A DNA stretch of 63,548 bases, counting the filler, from Octopus bimaculoides (Eukaryota): the NCBI RefSeq assembly GCF_001194135.2. It is 5 parts of 5 records of this genome, joined end to end, with 100 filler letters (N's around TTAATTAATTAA, not from the genome) between each part and the next. Parts side by side here need not be neighbours in the genome. Positions count along the whole stretch, not along the records: positions 1 to 27,883 come from NC_069001.1; 4 more parts are not named here. One strand, written 5' to 3'. Under the pieces are notes generated by a model. The model was not told the origin of the DNA and did no database searches. It saw only the letters and a list, made by a program, of their open reading frames with translations. Position 1 is the first letter of the stretch. The number at the start of each line of letters is the position of its first letter. Below, one piece after another: positions 1 to 12,564 of the stretch. The position numbers were made by a program, and so were the translations under genes.

Positions 1-143
1 GGACCAAATCCAAGTTTCTCGGTCAGTTTCTCAACGGTTGGGATGGGATTTTGTTCCACCAGGGTTTGCTCCGGCTTTTCCGTTTGTTATGTCTTTGAAA
101 AATTTCCCGTTTGTTAAGTTTTTGTTAAATTTTTAAAACACAT

Positions 144-178
<35 letters not shown>

Positions 179-232
179 CATACATGTATATATATTGTAT
201 ATGTATGAATGTGTGTATGTATATATAAATAC

Positions 233-300
<68 letters not shown>

Positions 301-1382
301 TGAAAGAGAGAAATAGATAGATGCATACATACATTCATACATACATACATACATACATACATACATACGTACATACATACATACATACGTACATACATAC
401 ATACGTACATACATGCATGCATACATACATATGTATGTACATACATACTTAACTATGTAAACCAGGCATTTGTATGTATTTATATCTTTTTCTCGTTTCA
501 CTTTCAATCCCCCCCACACACACACATGCTCTCTATCACTCTTTCTTTCTTTCTTTCTTTCTTCCTTCCTCTCTCTCTGTGCGTGTTTGCGCGCGATTCT
601 CTGCCTGTCTATCTTCATACGCCCGTGTATTCGCGCGTTGTTTCTATGTAACTACTCCATATTACAAATGCAGCGCATACCAATTTGCCACACAGAAAAA
701 GGTGTGTACTTTGCTTAACGACTGATTCTTTCGGCAGAGAAGAAATATGGAAACAATTACCGAAGAGAAATTGAGTTTGAATTTAGGATGCGAGGTGAAA
801 GTCTATTTGTGTTAGTTCTAGCATGTAATGGACTGTGAAAAAGGCCCCGGCCGAGAGTGGGCTCGAGCAATTCCTTACATGCTAGCATATTTTCTTAAAA
901 CAAGATAAACCTGAACAAAATCTTTGTCAAAATACACTTAGACATGCATTAAATATACATAAATACACACACACACACATGTATATATAAACATTTATTA
1001 GATAATAAATCGTATGGTATACACCTGGTAGCATACCGGTAAAGCACGTTCACTCTCACAGTATTCGTTGGGTGCTTGGATAATGAGGGAGACGAAACAT
1101 GGATGGAAGATATGAGAATGTGTATTCATCACTACAATTGTTTCGACCCATCTAACATCGATCCCACAGAAATGGGATACTTAACAACTTAACGACTGGT
1201 TTAGGAGTGTCCGACTGTGTAGATATGTCTCTTAGGTGATTGCAAGACGTATTCCGTTAAAATAACTACTGTTCGACAAGATATCTTTTTGGTTTGTCTC
1301 GGTTTGTGTATAAAAAAGCAGTAAATTAAGTATATGTGCCTGTGTGTATATGAATACTATGTGTAGATGCATCCACATGTAA

Positions 1383-1425
<43 letters not shown>

Positions 1426-1511
1426 TTTTGTGTGTTTGTGTGTGTGTCTAAGCCGCCGAAGAATCCATAAGTCAGAAAAAATGCATTCATATAGTGTCAG
1501 TAGAGTAAGTA

Positions 1512-1788
1512 TATTAATCGAAGTGTACAGTATTATATAACCCTTATAGCCAGTCTTAATATTTAGTTTTGCACTCGTTGTTCAACGGAGTGTTAGGTAA
1601 CAGTCCAATTATGTAACCCTGCGCTCTTCAGAGATGGCATTTCATATTTCATTCCATAACTGTCCTCTCTGACGAGCGCCAAGTTGTATAATCGGACTGT
1701 TATCTAACAACCCGTTGAACCCCTAGTGCGAAACCGAGTAGTAAGATTAGCCGTAATGACTATATAATACTGTACACTTCAATTAATA
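1512..1788. mobile_element. Palindromic (fold-back) MITE-like element, two 128-bp arms with a 21-nt loop
   Basis: 1512-1639 aligns without gaps to the reverse complement of 1661-1788 (e.g. GAAGTGTACAGTATTATATA / TATATAATACTGTACACTTC); mismatches are mostly transitions; no coding capacity. Confidence 0.7.
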
Positions 1789-2354
1789 CATATATATAGA
1801 TATTATTCTTATATAAGAACGTTGTAGAGAGTGACTTGGAAGCTTCGGTCTGCTAAGCTATCATCGGACTGTAAGGCATTGAAATTAGCTTTGGCTTTAC
1901 ATAACCTCTGAGTAAAAAAATCCTCTTCGGGTATGTGAGGTTGAGTGGAGTGTTAATTACGTTTTTATGAAAAGGGGTTCGGGGAAAAAAACTCCCACAA
2001 GATCACGAGCAAAACGCTCATATACATATGTTTATGCATATATGCATACATACATACATTTATATAGACACATGCGTACATACACACATGCGCGAGCACA
2101 GTCATAGATACATATATTTATACATACGTACAGTCATATATATATATGCATGCATATGTCTCTCCATATATCGGTTTCGAATCCTCTTAGCTATACTGTA
2201 GCCTGGTCACCCAAGCTCTCTTGTTCCATGTGTTTTTCTTCCTTCTCTCTCTCCCTCACACACACATATATATATATGCATGTATATACATATATTTGTA
2301 GGCGTATATGTGGGTGTCTATGTGTGTGTGTGTGTGTGTATATATATACACATA

Positions 2355-2836
2355 TTCCCCATGACAAAACTACACTGAACGGCTTTCTCACGTTATCGAA
2401 TATGCCTCATGCATATTTGAACTGCTAACAAGTTTGTATTTATTCACATCACTGCTTTCATTCCGTATTTTATTTACGGGCGAGCCGCCGATTAGCAGAA
2501 CCAGTCACAGTACGATGACGGGAATATAAGATCCCTCTCTCTTTCATTCACTCTTTCATTTTCTCTCTTACTCTTTCTCTCTTACCCTTTCTCTCTCGTT
2601 AATTCGATGTGTTTCCCTATCCTTCTCGGTGTGTGATGCTGAGGAGGAAATAACCGCTCCGAAATGCAAGCATCCATCTGCCTGGCTTGGCGACGCTTCG
2701 AACCGATTCGGTTTATTTACACCCATTTGTTCACAGCGAGAAATTTTCTCCATCACAAAATACAGAGAATGGCTTTCTTACGGGTTCCAACATTTGAATA
2801 TGCCTCATGCATATTTGAGCTGGTAACGAGTCTGCG
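2355..2836 (+). repeat. Pair of ~85-bp diverged direct repeats (2355-2436 and 2746-2836) enclosing a hammerhead ribozyme
   Basis: Both copies share CCAT(G/C)ACAAAA..TACA..GAA.GGCTTTCT.ACG and GAATATGCCTCATGCATATTTGA (2398 vs 2796); microsatellites flank both sides. Confidence 0.7.
2628..2682 (+). ncRNA. Minimal type I hammerhead ribozyme, intact catalytic core
   Basis: Stem I GATG/CATC (extended by GGT/GCC after an internal loop); CUGAGGA 2639-2645; stem II GGA/UCC; GAAA 2661-2664; near-palindromic stem III AUGCAAGCAU; AUC cleavage triplet (C2674). Confidence 0.75.
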
Positions 2837-2919
2837 CGCGCACGTATATATATATATATATATATACACATATTGTATCTATACATATATGTATGTATAT
2901 ATATATGTGTGTTTATGTA

Positions 2920-2952
<33 letters not shown>

Positions 2953-2971
2953 GCACATACATATGTATGTG

Positions 2972-3019
<48 letters not shown>

Positions 3020-3414
3020 GATGCATATACATATATGTTCACATACACGTATGTGTGTTTATGTATACACACAAACAGATATGTTTAATATGAGTGATTA
3101 AGCTGCCCTGCACCCAGTCGCACATGCACGGGTATAGAGAGATCAAATATGAGAAGAGGTAAGAGGAAGGGGAACTGAATCTATAAGTGAGAGAGGGGGA
3201 GGAAAGGGGTGAGTGAAAGTGTATGAGTGAGCGAGTGAGTGAGTGAGTAAACAAAGATGAGAAAAAGAGAGAGGAAGCAGAGGAAAATGAGTAAGGTAGG
3301 GTGTTTGTGTGAGTGTGCTTATGAGCATGTGTGTGTACGTGAGTGAGATAGAGAGAGAGAAAGAGATAGAAGGAGAAGGAAACAGAAAGAGATTGAGCAA
3401 GGTGTGGTGAGAGT

Positions 3415-3650
3415 ATGAGTGTGTGTGTGTGTGTGTGTATGTACGTGTGTGTGTGTGTGTGTATGTACGTGTGTGTGTGTGTGTGTGTATGTACGTGTGT
3501 GTGTGTGTGTATGTACGTGTGTGTGTGCTTATGCGTGTGTACTTTTGTGTGTGTGTGCGCTTGTGTGTGTGTGTGTGTGTGTACTTTTGTGTGTGCTTGT
3601 GTGTGTACGTATACGTGCTTGTGTGTACGTGTACGTGCTTGTGTGTGTGT
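3415..3650. repeat. Compound (GT)n microsatellite with periodic ATGTAC/ACTTTT interruptions
   Basis: Seen directly; source of several spurious CVCVCV ORFs. Confidence 0.9.
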
Positions 3651-3876
3651 GATTGTACGGAAGTGAGAAAGAGAGAAGAGAGACTGAAAGAGAAAGAGAG
3701 AGTGAGACGGACAGACAGAGAGATAGAGACGAGGGTAGGGGGACGAAACTGATGAAAATGAAGTTTTAGGTTAAATGTTCTAGGTTGATGTTTAAGGAAG
3801 CTAAAGAATAAAGAGTAATGAGTAAAGAATAAACAAATTGACCAGTCCATCGAGACATACAAACTAATAACATAGA

Positions 3877-3945
<69 letters not shown>

Positions 3946-4767
3946 CAAGGGAGAAGGAGAGAATAAGAGAGAGGGGGAGAGAGTGTGAACCTTGTTCATA
4001 ATTCCATTGTCACAAAAACCGGGTTTAGAGAAAGAACACAGAACACACACACGCATATAAACACACACACACACGCATATAAACACACACACACACGCAT
4101 ATAAACACACACACACACACGCATNNNNNNNNNNTATAAACACACACACACACGCATATAAACACACACACACACACGCATATAAACACACACACACACG
4201 CATATAAACACACACATAGACGCATATAAACACACACATACATTCACATGGAGAAATCCACAAACAACACATACACAAACGCACACACACACACACGTAT
4301 TCTGGATTAATCGATTAGGATTGGCTGATTTTGATCAAACTGGGTTTAATTTTCATTTATGTTACTGTTCGATCTCTCACTCTTTTCCCTTTCTTTCGTT
4401 CTCTCTCTCTTTCTCCCTCCTTTATACTATCGCCATCACCACCCTCATCAACATCACCACCACATCCCCTATCACTTCTACCTCCACCACCACCACCACT
4501 ACCATTACCACCAACATCATCAGCAACTACAACACCAACTTCTTCCACGACCAATACTTTTTACAGCAGAGGGAGTCCCCACGTTATTGCTATATATATA
4601 TATTTTCTTTTTTGTTGGTGGTAGTTTTGATTTATTAAGTCCCTCTAAGCGTGAGGCATTACTATATAGTAATGCCCTTATATAAATTATATATATTTAC
4701 GGAAAAAAACGATGGGTTTTTTTCCTTATGGGTTTTTTCACTCTGACTACTTGATAAATTCTTATAT

Positions 4768-4798
<31 letters not shown>

Positions 4799-4851
4799 AG
4801 AGAGAGAGAGAGAGAGAGAGAGAGATTAATTTATGATTAATTTGTGTGTAT

Positions 4852-4886
<35 letters not shown>

Positions 4887-6512
4887 TAGATAGATACATA
4901 CATACATACATACATAGACACATGTTGTTGCTGTTGCTATTATTGTTATTGATATACTTATCCTTATTGTTACTTTCTCAATTGTCACCCTTGTGTCCAA
5001 TAAAAGAAATCATTAAAAAAATATAGAAATCACCCTCCTCCTCCCCCTCCCTGCTATCATTTTTATCATCATCGCCATCATCATTGTCATCATCATTATT
5101 GTTGTTGTAGTTGTAACTGTAGTTGTTGGAATGTCGTCCATCTTTGTGGCTCACATCACGAAGTTGACAATGAAGACAACGACAGAGTTCGTGATGATAA
5201 GACTCAACTAATCTAGCAGACGACCGCTGTCAAAAGGGGAACTCCAAACACTATCGTTTACTATTCATCATCATCATCATCATTATTATTATTATTATTA
5301 TTATTATACACGCACACACATGTGTATATAGATAAATCCGGCGGTGTTTTTCTTTTATCAAAATAATATTTCTAAAGAATTTGTGTTTGGCATTGTTGTC
5401 TTATAATACTTTTATTCATTTGTTATTTCTTTGGGGGGGTTTTTCGTGCAAACGTGAAAGATAAAAGTATGTTGACAGGGGCAAAAATAGAAGTCATGGG
5501 ATCATAGATGTTTTAGGGACGGAAGCAAGAATCAATGAAAGGTTATACAATTAATGAACAGAACAGAACAAACGAAAGGAAACCGAGAGATATGTTTGCA
5601 AGAACAATCAAATGTGAACTTCATACAATATGGTCTTCAACCATAGGAGAGCATAAACAACTCCTTTTCTTCGTCCAAACAACATCGTGTGTGATTTTTA
5701 CTTCACAGTTATTTATCATACAATGAATCGTCTATGCTTGTATGCGCGCCCTTCTTCGTCCAAACTACTTACACGAAATCAACAATTCTAATGACGATTT
5801 TTTTACTTCATTCAATATCAGATTCATATTTCGTATGACAAACGATATGCGGAATTAACTAATTAAACTATTTGTGTGTATCCAATTCATAAAGTTTTGC
5901 CTGTCAATAAAGCTAAGCTCACAAATTCAAAGCAAAGAAAGACCAAGAAACCAAAATGGCCGCTGCTGACATAAGTTACCGTTTGAATTTATTAGGAACC
6001 GAGTTCGTTTTCTACATAAGGGCACTCGCTTTAGACATCCACTCTCTCTATGCAGCGTTGGCTATCAACGAATTTTCTCCGGTATATTCGATTCTGCGCT
6101 ACATATATATATGGGAGAATTTACGAAAAAAAACAACAGACGAAGACAGGTTGTGTAAACAACAAATGGATGTATTAGTTTAACGCTCGGGAATAGAGAA
6201 AGTCTTTAACGTTTCGAGCCTCCGCTCTTCAACAGAAAGGAACACAGAAAGAAACAAAGAGAGAAAGGAGAGAAAAAAATATAAATGTAGTGGNNNNNNN
6301 NNNNNNNNNNNNNNNNNNNNNNNNNNNNNNNNNNNNNNNNNNNNNNNNNNNNNNNNNNNNNNNNNNNNNNNNNNNNNNNNNNNNNNNNNNNNNNNNNNNN
6401 NNNNNNNNNNNNNNNNNNNNNNNNNNNNNNNNNNNNNNNNNNNNNNNNNNNNNNNNNNNNNNNNNNNNNNNNNNNNNNNNNNNNNNNNNNNNNNNNNNNN
6501 NNNNNNNNNNNN

Positions 6513-6544
<32 letters not shown>

Positions 6545-6675
6545 AGATAAAGAAACTGTGGTGAAGTTATACTTGGAAGAAGCGAGTACAGTAATATTGC
6601 GTTCACTAGATTCGAACTGTGAATGCTTCGGTCAGTGTCCTCAGGTTTTATGAACACGGCCAACTCATGACTCAC

Positions 6676-6707
6676 CGGTTCTCATCAATACTTTTTGTTC
6701 CTGATTT
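6676..6707 (-). CDS. Weak candidate 32-nt exon (NQEQKVLMRT frame)
   Basis: Acceptor gttatattttag, donor CCG|GTGAGT; no homology recognised. Confidence 0.15.
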
Positions 6708-7234
6708 CTAAAATATAACTTCCTTTTCGATCCAGCAGAGAACAATTGAAAATTCTATGTGGAAATAAAACAGAAATCAAAAAAAAAAAAATAATAATTG
6801 GCAAAGAGGAAGGGTAGGAAAGAAGAGGTAAAAGAGAAAGGCAGGAAGAAATAAAGAGAGAAAGCGAAAAGAATAAGAGAGAGGGAGTAAAGTGAAAGAG
6901 AGGGGGAAACAGAGGGAGAGGAAGAGAGGAAAGACAAAGAGGGGAAAGTGTAATTAGTCGATTTGGGATTTTGTTTGTAATGAAGTATGTTTTCTTTCGT
7001 ATTTTTAAAACTGTTCTCATCGAAATAGCTCCACACACACACACAAACACACATATATATATGTATACATATATATATCATATATATATATACATATATA
7101 TATACATATATATATGCATGTGTGTTAGTGTGCGCATATCTATGTATATTTCTATGTATATACCGCAACGCAGCGACCGACTATATAATATATATATATA
7201 TATGTGTGTGTATGTGTATGTATATTTATATGTT

Positions 7235-7268
<34 letters not shown>

Positions 7269-7794
7269 AATGTATGTATGTATGTATGTATGTATGTATG
7301 TATGTATGTACATATACATATATTCTTATACATATATTCTTATACATATGTACACACACGAATCTATGTGCACGTATGTACACACTCAACACAAATGTGT
7401 GTGTGTGTATGTGTGCTTGAGTGTAAAGAGAGACAGAGACAGACAGAATGATCGAACAAGCATGAATAAAGAGTTAATTTATACAACCAAAATATGACAT
7501 TACTGTAAGAGCATTACTACTGTTAGTTTCATACAACATGCATTCAGAATCAGAGATCCTATAAATGGACGAACCTGACCAAAGCCAGACTTCTTTTTCC
7601 AGCCAGTTTTAAACTAGCAGTTGTGATTTTCATACAGGTGATTATATGTACGCGCACGTAAATGCGTGTATGTGTGTGGATGAGAATATATCTAGCTGTG
7701 TATTTATCCATATATATACATATATGCACACATACAGATTCGTACATACATACATACATACACACATACATATGTGTGTGTGTGTATCTTGGCA

Positions 7795-7965
7795 AAGAAA
7801 TGACCACCTGACGTGTGGCACATGGTGCACCTGTACAGGTAAAGTCGATTGGATGGAGAGAATGAGGTTCTGTGAACATTTGATCACTATAGACATTTCA
7901 TGTGTGTGGCTGTTCGGCTAGAAATAGCCTAACCCCCATATGTCGTCCAACGACGGGAGAGTCCA

Positions 7966-7968
<3 letters not shown>
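7795..7968 (+). mobile_element. 3' part of SINE family D
   Basis: Similar to the reverse complement of 42095-42290 (GGTGCACCTGTACA...ACATTTGATCACTATA...CATATGTCGTC). Confidence 0.6.
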
Positions 7969-7999
<31 letters not shown>

Positions 8000-8001
<2 letters not shown>

Positions 8002-8376
8002 AGACGCAATGGCGCAGTGGTTAGGGCAGCGGACTCGTGGTCGTAGGATCGCGGTTTCAATTCCCAGACCGTTCTGAGTGTTTATTGAGCAAAAGCACCT
8101 AAAGCTCCACGAGGTTCCAGCAGGGGAATGGGGGTGGTTGCGAACCCTGCTGTACTCTTTCACCACAACTCTCTCTCTCTCTCTCACTCTTTCTGCCTGT
8201 TTCTATTGTATCTGTATTTCGAAGGGGCCAGCCTTGTCACACTGTGTGTCACGCTGAATGTCCCCCGAGAACTACGTTAAGGGTACACGTGTCTGTGGAG
8301 TGCTCAGCCACTTGCACGTTAATTTCACGAGCAGGCTGTTCCGTTGATCGGATCGACTGGAACTCTCGTTGTCGTA
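8000..8376 (+). mobile_element. tRNA-derived SINE, family C
   Basis: A-box-like TGGCGCAGTGG and B-box-like GGTTTCAATTCCC; 3' body (GTCACGCTGAAT..CCCCGAGAACTACGT..GTGGAGTGCTCAGCCACTTGCA) shared with 11212-11470. Confidence 0.8.
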
Positions 8377-8450
8377 TATATATATATACAGATAGACACA
8401 CTGGTATGCAGGCGTGGCTGGTTCGAAATTAGCTAAAGACAGACACTTAC

Positions 8451-8515
8451 CTATTATGTTTTATTCTATTTGTTAAATTTATGCCGTGAACAGGTTCCGA
8501 AGCGACGAAAATAAT
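8451..8515 (-). CDS. Weak candidate 65-nt exon (IIFVASEPVHGINLTNRIKHN)
   Basis: Acceptor tttgatttgtcag, donor AG|GTAAGT, one open frame; no homology recognised. Confidence 0.2.
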
Positions 8516-8573
8516 CTGACAAATCAAATTTAAAAGTTGAAATGAATCTAACAGTTTTTTTGTGTTATTATTA

Positions 8574-8614
<41 letters not shown>

Positions 8615-8616
<2 letters not shown>

Positions 8617-8823
8617 GACGGCGAGATGGCAGAATCGTTAGCACGCTGGGCAAAAATGCTTAGCGGCATTTCGTCCATCGTTTATGTTCTGAGTTCAAAT
8701 TCTGCCGGGGTCGACTTCGCCTTTCATCTTATCGGAGGTCGAGAAAATGAGTACCAACTGAGTACTGAGGGTCAATGCCATCGCCTTAGCCCCTCCCCAC
8801 AAATTATGTCCATAGCAGAAAGA
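8615..8823 (+). mobile_element. tRNA-derived SINE, family A
   Basis: GGCGAG.TGGCAGAATCGTTAG head, GAGTTCAAATTC B-box, GACTT.GCCTTTCATC core; more than 10 copies in the window. Confidence 0.85.
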
Positions 8824-8829
8824 TTTAAT

Positions 8830-9045
8830 TTGTTAAAAATCATCGTCATCACCATCACCTTCATCATCATCATCACCATCATTATCATCAACATTATCGT
8901 CGTCGTCGTCGTCGTCAACGTTGCCGCCGTCGTCGTTGTAGTCGTCATCACCATCATCATCATCATCACCATCATCACCATCACCACCATCATCATCATC
9001 ATCATCATCATCATCACCCCCATCACCATCATCGCCATCATCATC

Positions 9046-9076
<31 letters not shown>

Positions 9077-9175
9077 CCATCACAGCCATCATCATCATCA
9101 GCAGCAGCAGCAGCAGCATCACTACCACCGCCATTGCCATCACCATCATCGTCGTCGTCGTCGTCATTTTATGAC
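8830..9175. repeat. (CAT/CAC/CGT)n compound trinucleotide microsatellite
   Basis: Seen directly. Confidence 0.9.
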
Positions 9176-10340
9176 AATAACCGCAGCGAGCACAACAACA
9201 ACAACAATACCAGCGAGAAGACCAAGATTAACAACAGGCAATAACAAGGATCACCAACAACGGTCGATCGATTCCCAGAAAGGAAAGGGGGGGGGAGATA
9301 AAAGAGATGATAAGGATATTTAGAAAAAAAAAAGGAAAAAAATAATGCATAACAATAAAAATAATCCGNNNNNNNNNNNNNNNNNNNNNNNNNNNNNNNN
9401 NNNNNNNNNNNNNNNNNNNNNNNNNNNNNNNNNNNNNNNNNNNNNNNNNNNNNNNNNNNNNNNNNNNNNNNNNNNNNNNNNNNNNNNNNNNNNNNNNNNN
9501 NNNNNNNNNNNNNNNNNNNNNNNNNNNNNNNNNNNNNNNNNNNNNNNNNNNNNNNNNNNNNNNNNNNNNNNNNNNNNNNNNNNNNNNNNNNNNNNNNNNN
9601 NNNNNNNNNNNNNNNNNNNNNNNNNNNNNNNNNNNNNNNNNNNNNNNNNNNNNNNNNNNNNNNNNNNNNNNNNNNNNNNNNNNNNNNNNNNNNNNNNNNN
9701 NNNNNNNNNNNNNNNNNNNNNNNNNNNNNNNNNNNNNNNNNNNNNNNNNNNNNNNNNNNNNNNNNNNNNNNNNNNNNNNNNNNNNNNNNNNNNNNNNNNN
9801 NNNNNNNNNNNNNNNNNNNNNNNNNNNNNNNNNNNNNNNNNNNNNNNNNNNNNNNNNNNNNNNNNNNNNNNNNNNNNNNNNNNNNNNNNNNNNNNNNNNN
9901 NNNNNNNNNNNNNNNNNNNNNNNNNNNNNNNNNNNNNNNNNNNNNNNNNNNNNNNNNNNNNNNNNNNNNNNNNNNNNNNNNNNNNNNNNNNNNNNNNNNN
10001 NNNNNNNNNNNNNNNNNNNNNNNNNNNNNNNNNNNNNNNNNNNNNNNNNNNNNNNNNNNNNNNNNNNNNNNNNNNNNNNNNNNNNNNNNNNNNNNNNNNN
10101 NNNNNNNNNNNNNNNNNNNNNNNNNNNNNNNNNNNNNNNNNNNNNNNNNNNNNNNNNNNNNNNNNNNNNNNNNNNNNNNNNNNNNNNNNNNNNNNNNNNN
10201 NNNNNNNNNNNNNNNNNNNNNNNNNNNNNNNNNNNNNNNNNNNNNNNNNNNNNNNNNNNNNNNNNNNNNNNNNNNNNNNNNNNNNNNNNNNNNNNNNNNN
10301 NNNNNNNNNNNNNNNNNNNNNNNNNNNNNNNNNNNNNNNN

Positions 10341-10484
10341 ACTCAGACTGGTACTTATTTTATCGACCCAGAAAGACAAAAGACAAAGTCGACCTCGACC
10401 GAATTTGAACCCAGAACCTAAAGACGGACGAAATGCCACAAAGCATTTTGCCCGGCGCGCTAACGACACTGCCAGCACGCCGCC

Positions 10485-10487
<3 letters not shown>
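10341..10487 (-). mobile_element. SINE family A, 5' part
   Basis: Reverse complement of the family A head and core. Confidence 0.8.
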
Positions 10488-10526
<39 letters not shown>

Positions 10527-11018
10527 TTTTCTTTACTGCCCACCAGGGCCGACCACAAAACACATAGGGACAAGTGGGATTCAGTACAAAGTCGTGTAAA
10601 AAATAATTAACAAGAATTAAAAATAAAATTAAACAAAAAATCCCCCAAAGGGAGGGAGTTCATCCCAGGGCCAACCGAGGAACCCCGCACATCCTGGTTA
10701 CCCCGAGGCAGGTGCTTCCCCCCTTCACAACTATAAATAATATAATATTGGGGTTTCATATATTTGTACTCCCAACGTCACTTTGGCGGCATGCGCTGCT
10801 CTCTCTCAATAACGATGATGATGATGGTGATGATGATGATGATGATGATGAGGATGAGGAGGAGGAGGATTTTTTTTTTATTTGCCACCAGGGCGGCGGA
10901 TGAGGATGACGATACAGAGACAGACATAAAATGTGAGGATTTACATAGAATCGAATGAAAACAGCAAAAGAAAAACGGCACACATGGTTTACAGAATTAA
11001 CCAAAACGTAATGAAAGC

Positions 11019-11065
<47 letters not shown>

Positions 11066-11211
11066 TTACAACAACAACAACAATGCTAATAAGCGTAATG
11101 GCAATTATATTAATAATATTTATCGAAATGGTAATGAAAATAATGAAAAGTTGAAGAAAAAAAAAGGTGTAAGCTTAGAAAATGGAGACAATAGTCTAAA
11201 ANNNNNNNNNN

Positions 11212-11470
11212 ATGAAATAAACATGCAAGTGGCTGAGCACTCCACAGACACGCGTATCCTTGACGTAGTTCTCGGGGAGATTCAGCGTGACACAGAATGT
11301 GAGAAGGTTTTCCCCTTTGAATTACTGGTACTACGCATTTTCACCAACTGAGTGGACTGGAGTAACTTGAAGTAAAGTGTTTCGCTCAAGGACACGAATC
11401 GCCAACGGGAATCGAACTCACGACCTTCAGATCGTGAGCCGAATACCCTAACCACTGAGCCACGAACCCT
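11212..11470 (-). mobile_element. tRNA-derived SINE, family C
   Basis: Reverse complement reads GTGGCTCAGTGGTTAG...GAGTTCGATTCCC, then the body shared with 8000-8376. Confidence 0.8.
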
Positions 11471-11489
11471 CAAATAAAGTATATTTGTG

Positions 11490-11635
11490 AGGTTTAGGAG
11501 CTCACTTTACAACTACGTAGTTCCAGGTTCAGTCCCACTGCGCCGCACTCACAAGGCTTTGGTCGGCTCGAGGCTATAGTAGAAGACACCTGCTTAAGGT
11601 GCCACGCAGTGGGATTGAAACCGGAACCATACAAC
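11490..11635. mobile_element. Rearranged SINE family B with head-to-head inversion
   Basis: 11523-11542 and 11605-11624 are inverted copies (17/20) of the B-box region. Confidence 0.65.
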
Positions 11636-11646
11636 CGCGCCTACAC

Positions 11647-11677
<31 letters not shown>

Positions 11678-11843
11678 AATTCTTAAATATACTCAAATAC
11701 CCAAAATTTCAAGGGGTTCCTGCCTTGAAAACAGGAACTAAACCACAGTTATTTTGTGTTCTTTGCTACATTGGTTTCTATTAACCCATTTATTGTATCA
11801 GAAGAATTTTTATTCACTAAGATAGAAGAAATACACATAATTA

Positions 11844-11944
<101 letters not shown>

Positions 11945-12206
11945 CTGTGTGTGTGTGTAGTTCAAATTTACAGAAAGACAAAAGGCGAAGACAAGTATAG
12001 GAACAACAAGTAGGTGTATTAGTTTAACACTCGGGAAGAATGGAATACTATAAATAATAATGGCGATGATAATGATGATGATGATGATGATGAAGACAAA
12101 ATGTATTTAATGATAATACAGTATAGTGTAACAATATGAACACATTGTCCTCTGTCCACTGTCCAATCTGTTTCTGTACTCAAATATTGCGTACTCTGGC
12201 ATGCAG

Positions 12207-12324
12207 TGGTACAAGGTGACATTTGAGACTTATTGCAGCGTCGACACTGTCCATGGATTCCACATCTCAACGGCGGATGACTATTACGGCAACGGCGTCC
12301 GCGTTACTCGACGCGCTTTGTGCC
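12207..12324 (+). CDS. Alternative candidate exon (WYKVTFETYCSVDTVHGFHISTADDYYGNGVRVTRRALC)
   Basis: Acceptor ..ctctggcatgcag, donor GTAGGT at 12325, protein-like composition, unique GC-rich sequence; not identified. Confidence 0.25.
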
Positions 12325-12366
12325 GTAGGTAGAAGCGTTACTCTGCTTGCTGAAATACAGTCTCAC

Positions 12367-12564
12367 CTTTGGCCGACCGTCGGGTGTGGTCGGCATCTGT
12401 GAGGGTCGTAGTGACCTCGTTGGTCGGACCCGGCTCAACCCGCCCTGGGGTGAATATCGCCGCAAGTACAAGTATCTTTAATGAATCCGATCGATGTACA
12501 TATTCGCCATTTGTGGCCAATAAAAGGAAAGTTTTGGTAAATATTATTTTCATTATGACAATAT
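12367..12564 (-). CDS. Candidate 198-nt symmetric phase-1 exon (DIVIMKIIFTKTFLLLATNGEYVHRSDSLKILVLAAIFTPGRVEPGPTNEVTTTLTDADHTRRSAK)
   Basis: Acceptor ctctctactttctcag, donor AAG|GTGAGA, length divisible by 3, open frame, unique CpG-rich DNA; product unknown. Confidence 0.35.

Noticed and set aside
1075-1150. TAATGAG..CGAAAC and GAAACAATTGTA partial ribozyme motifs
   Set aside because: Core incomplete on either strand.
1669-1741. CTGACGAG...CGAAAC hammerhead-like spacing
   Set aside because: No stem I pairing; explained by the MITE arm sequence.
5950-5975. YY1-like CAAAATGGCCGC at the start of a 75-aa ORF
   Set aside because: Single mismatched motif, no downstream donor, peptide not protein-like.
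8000-8075. tRNA gene (also at 11400-11470 and 42330-42400)
   Set aside because: A/B boxes are present but there is no complete cloverleaf, and each continues into a shared SINE body.
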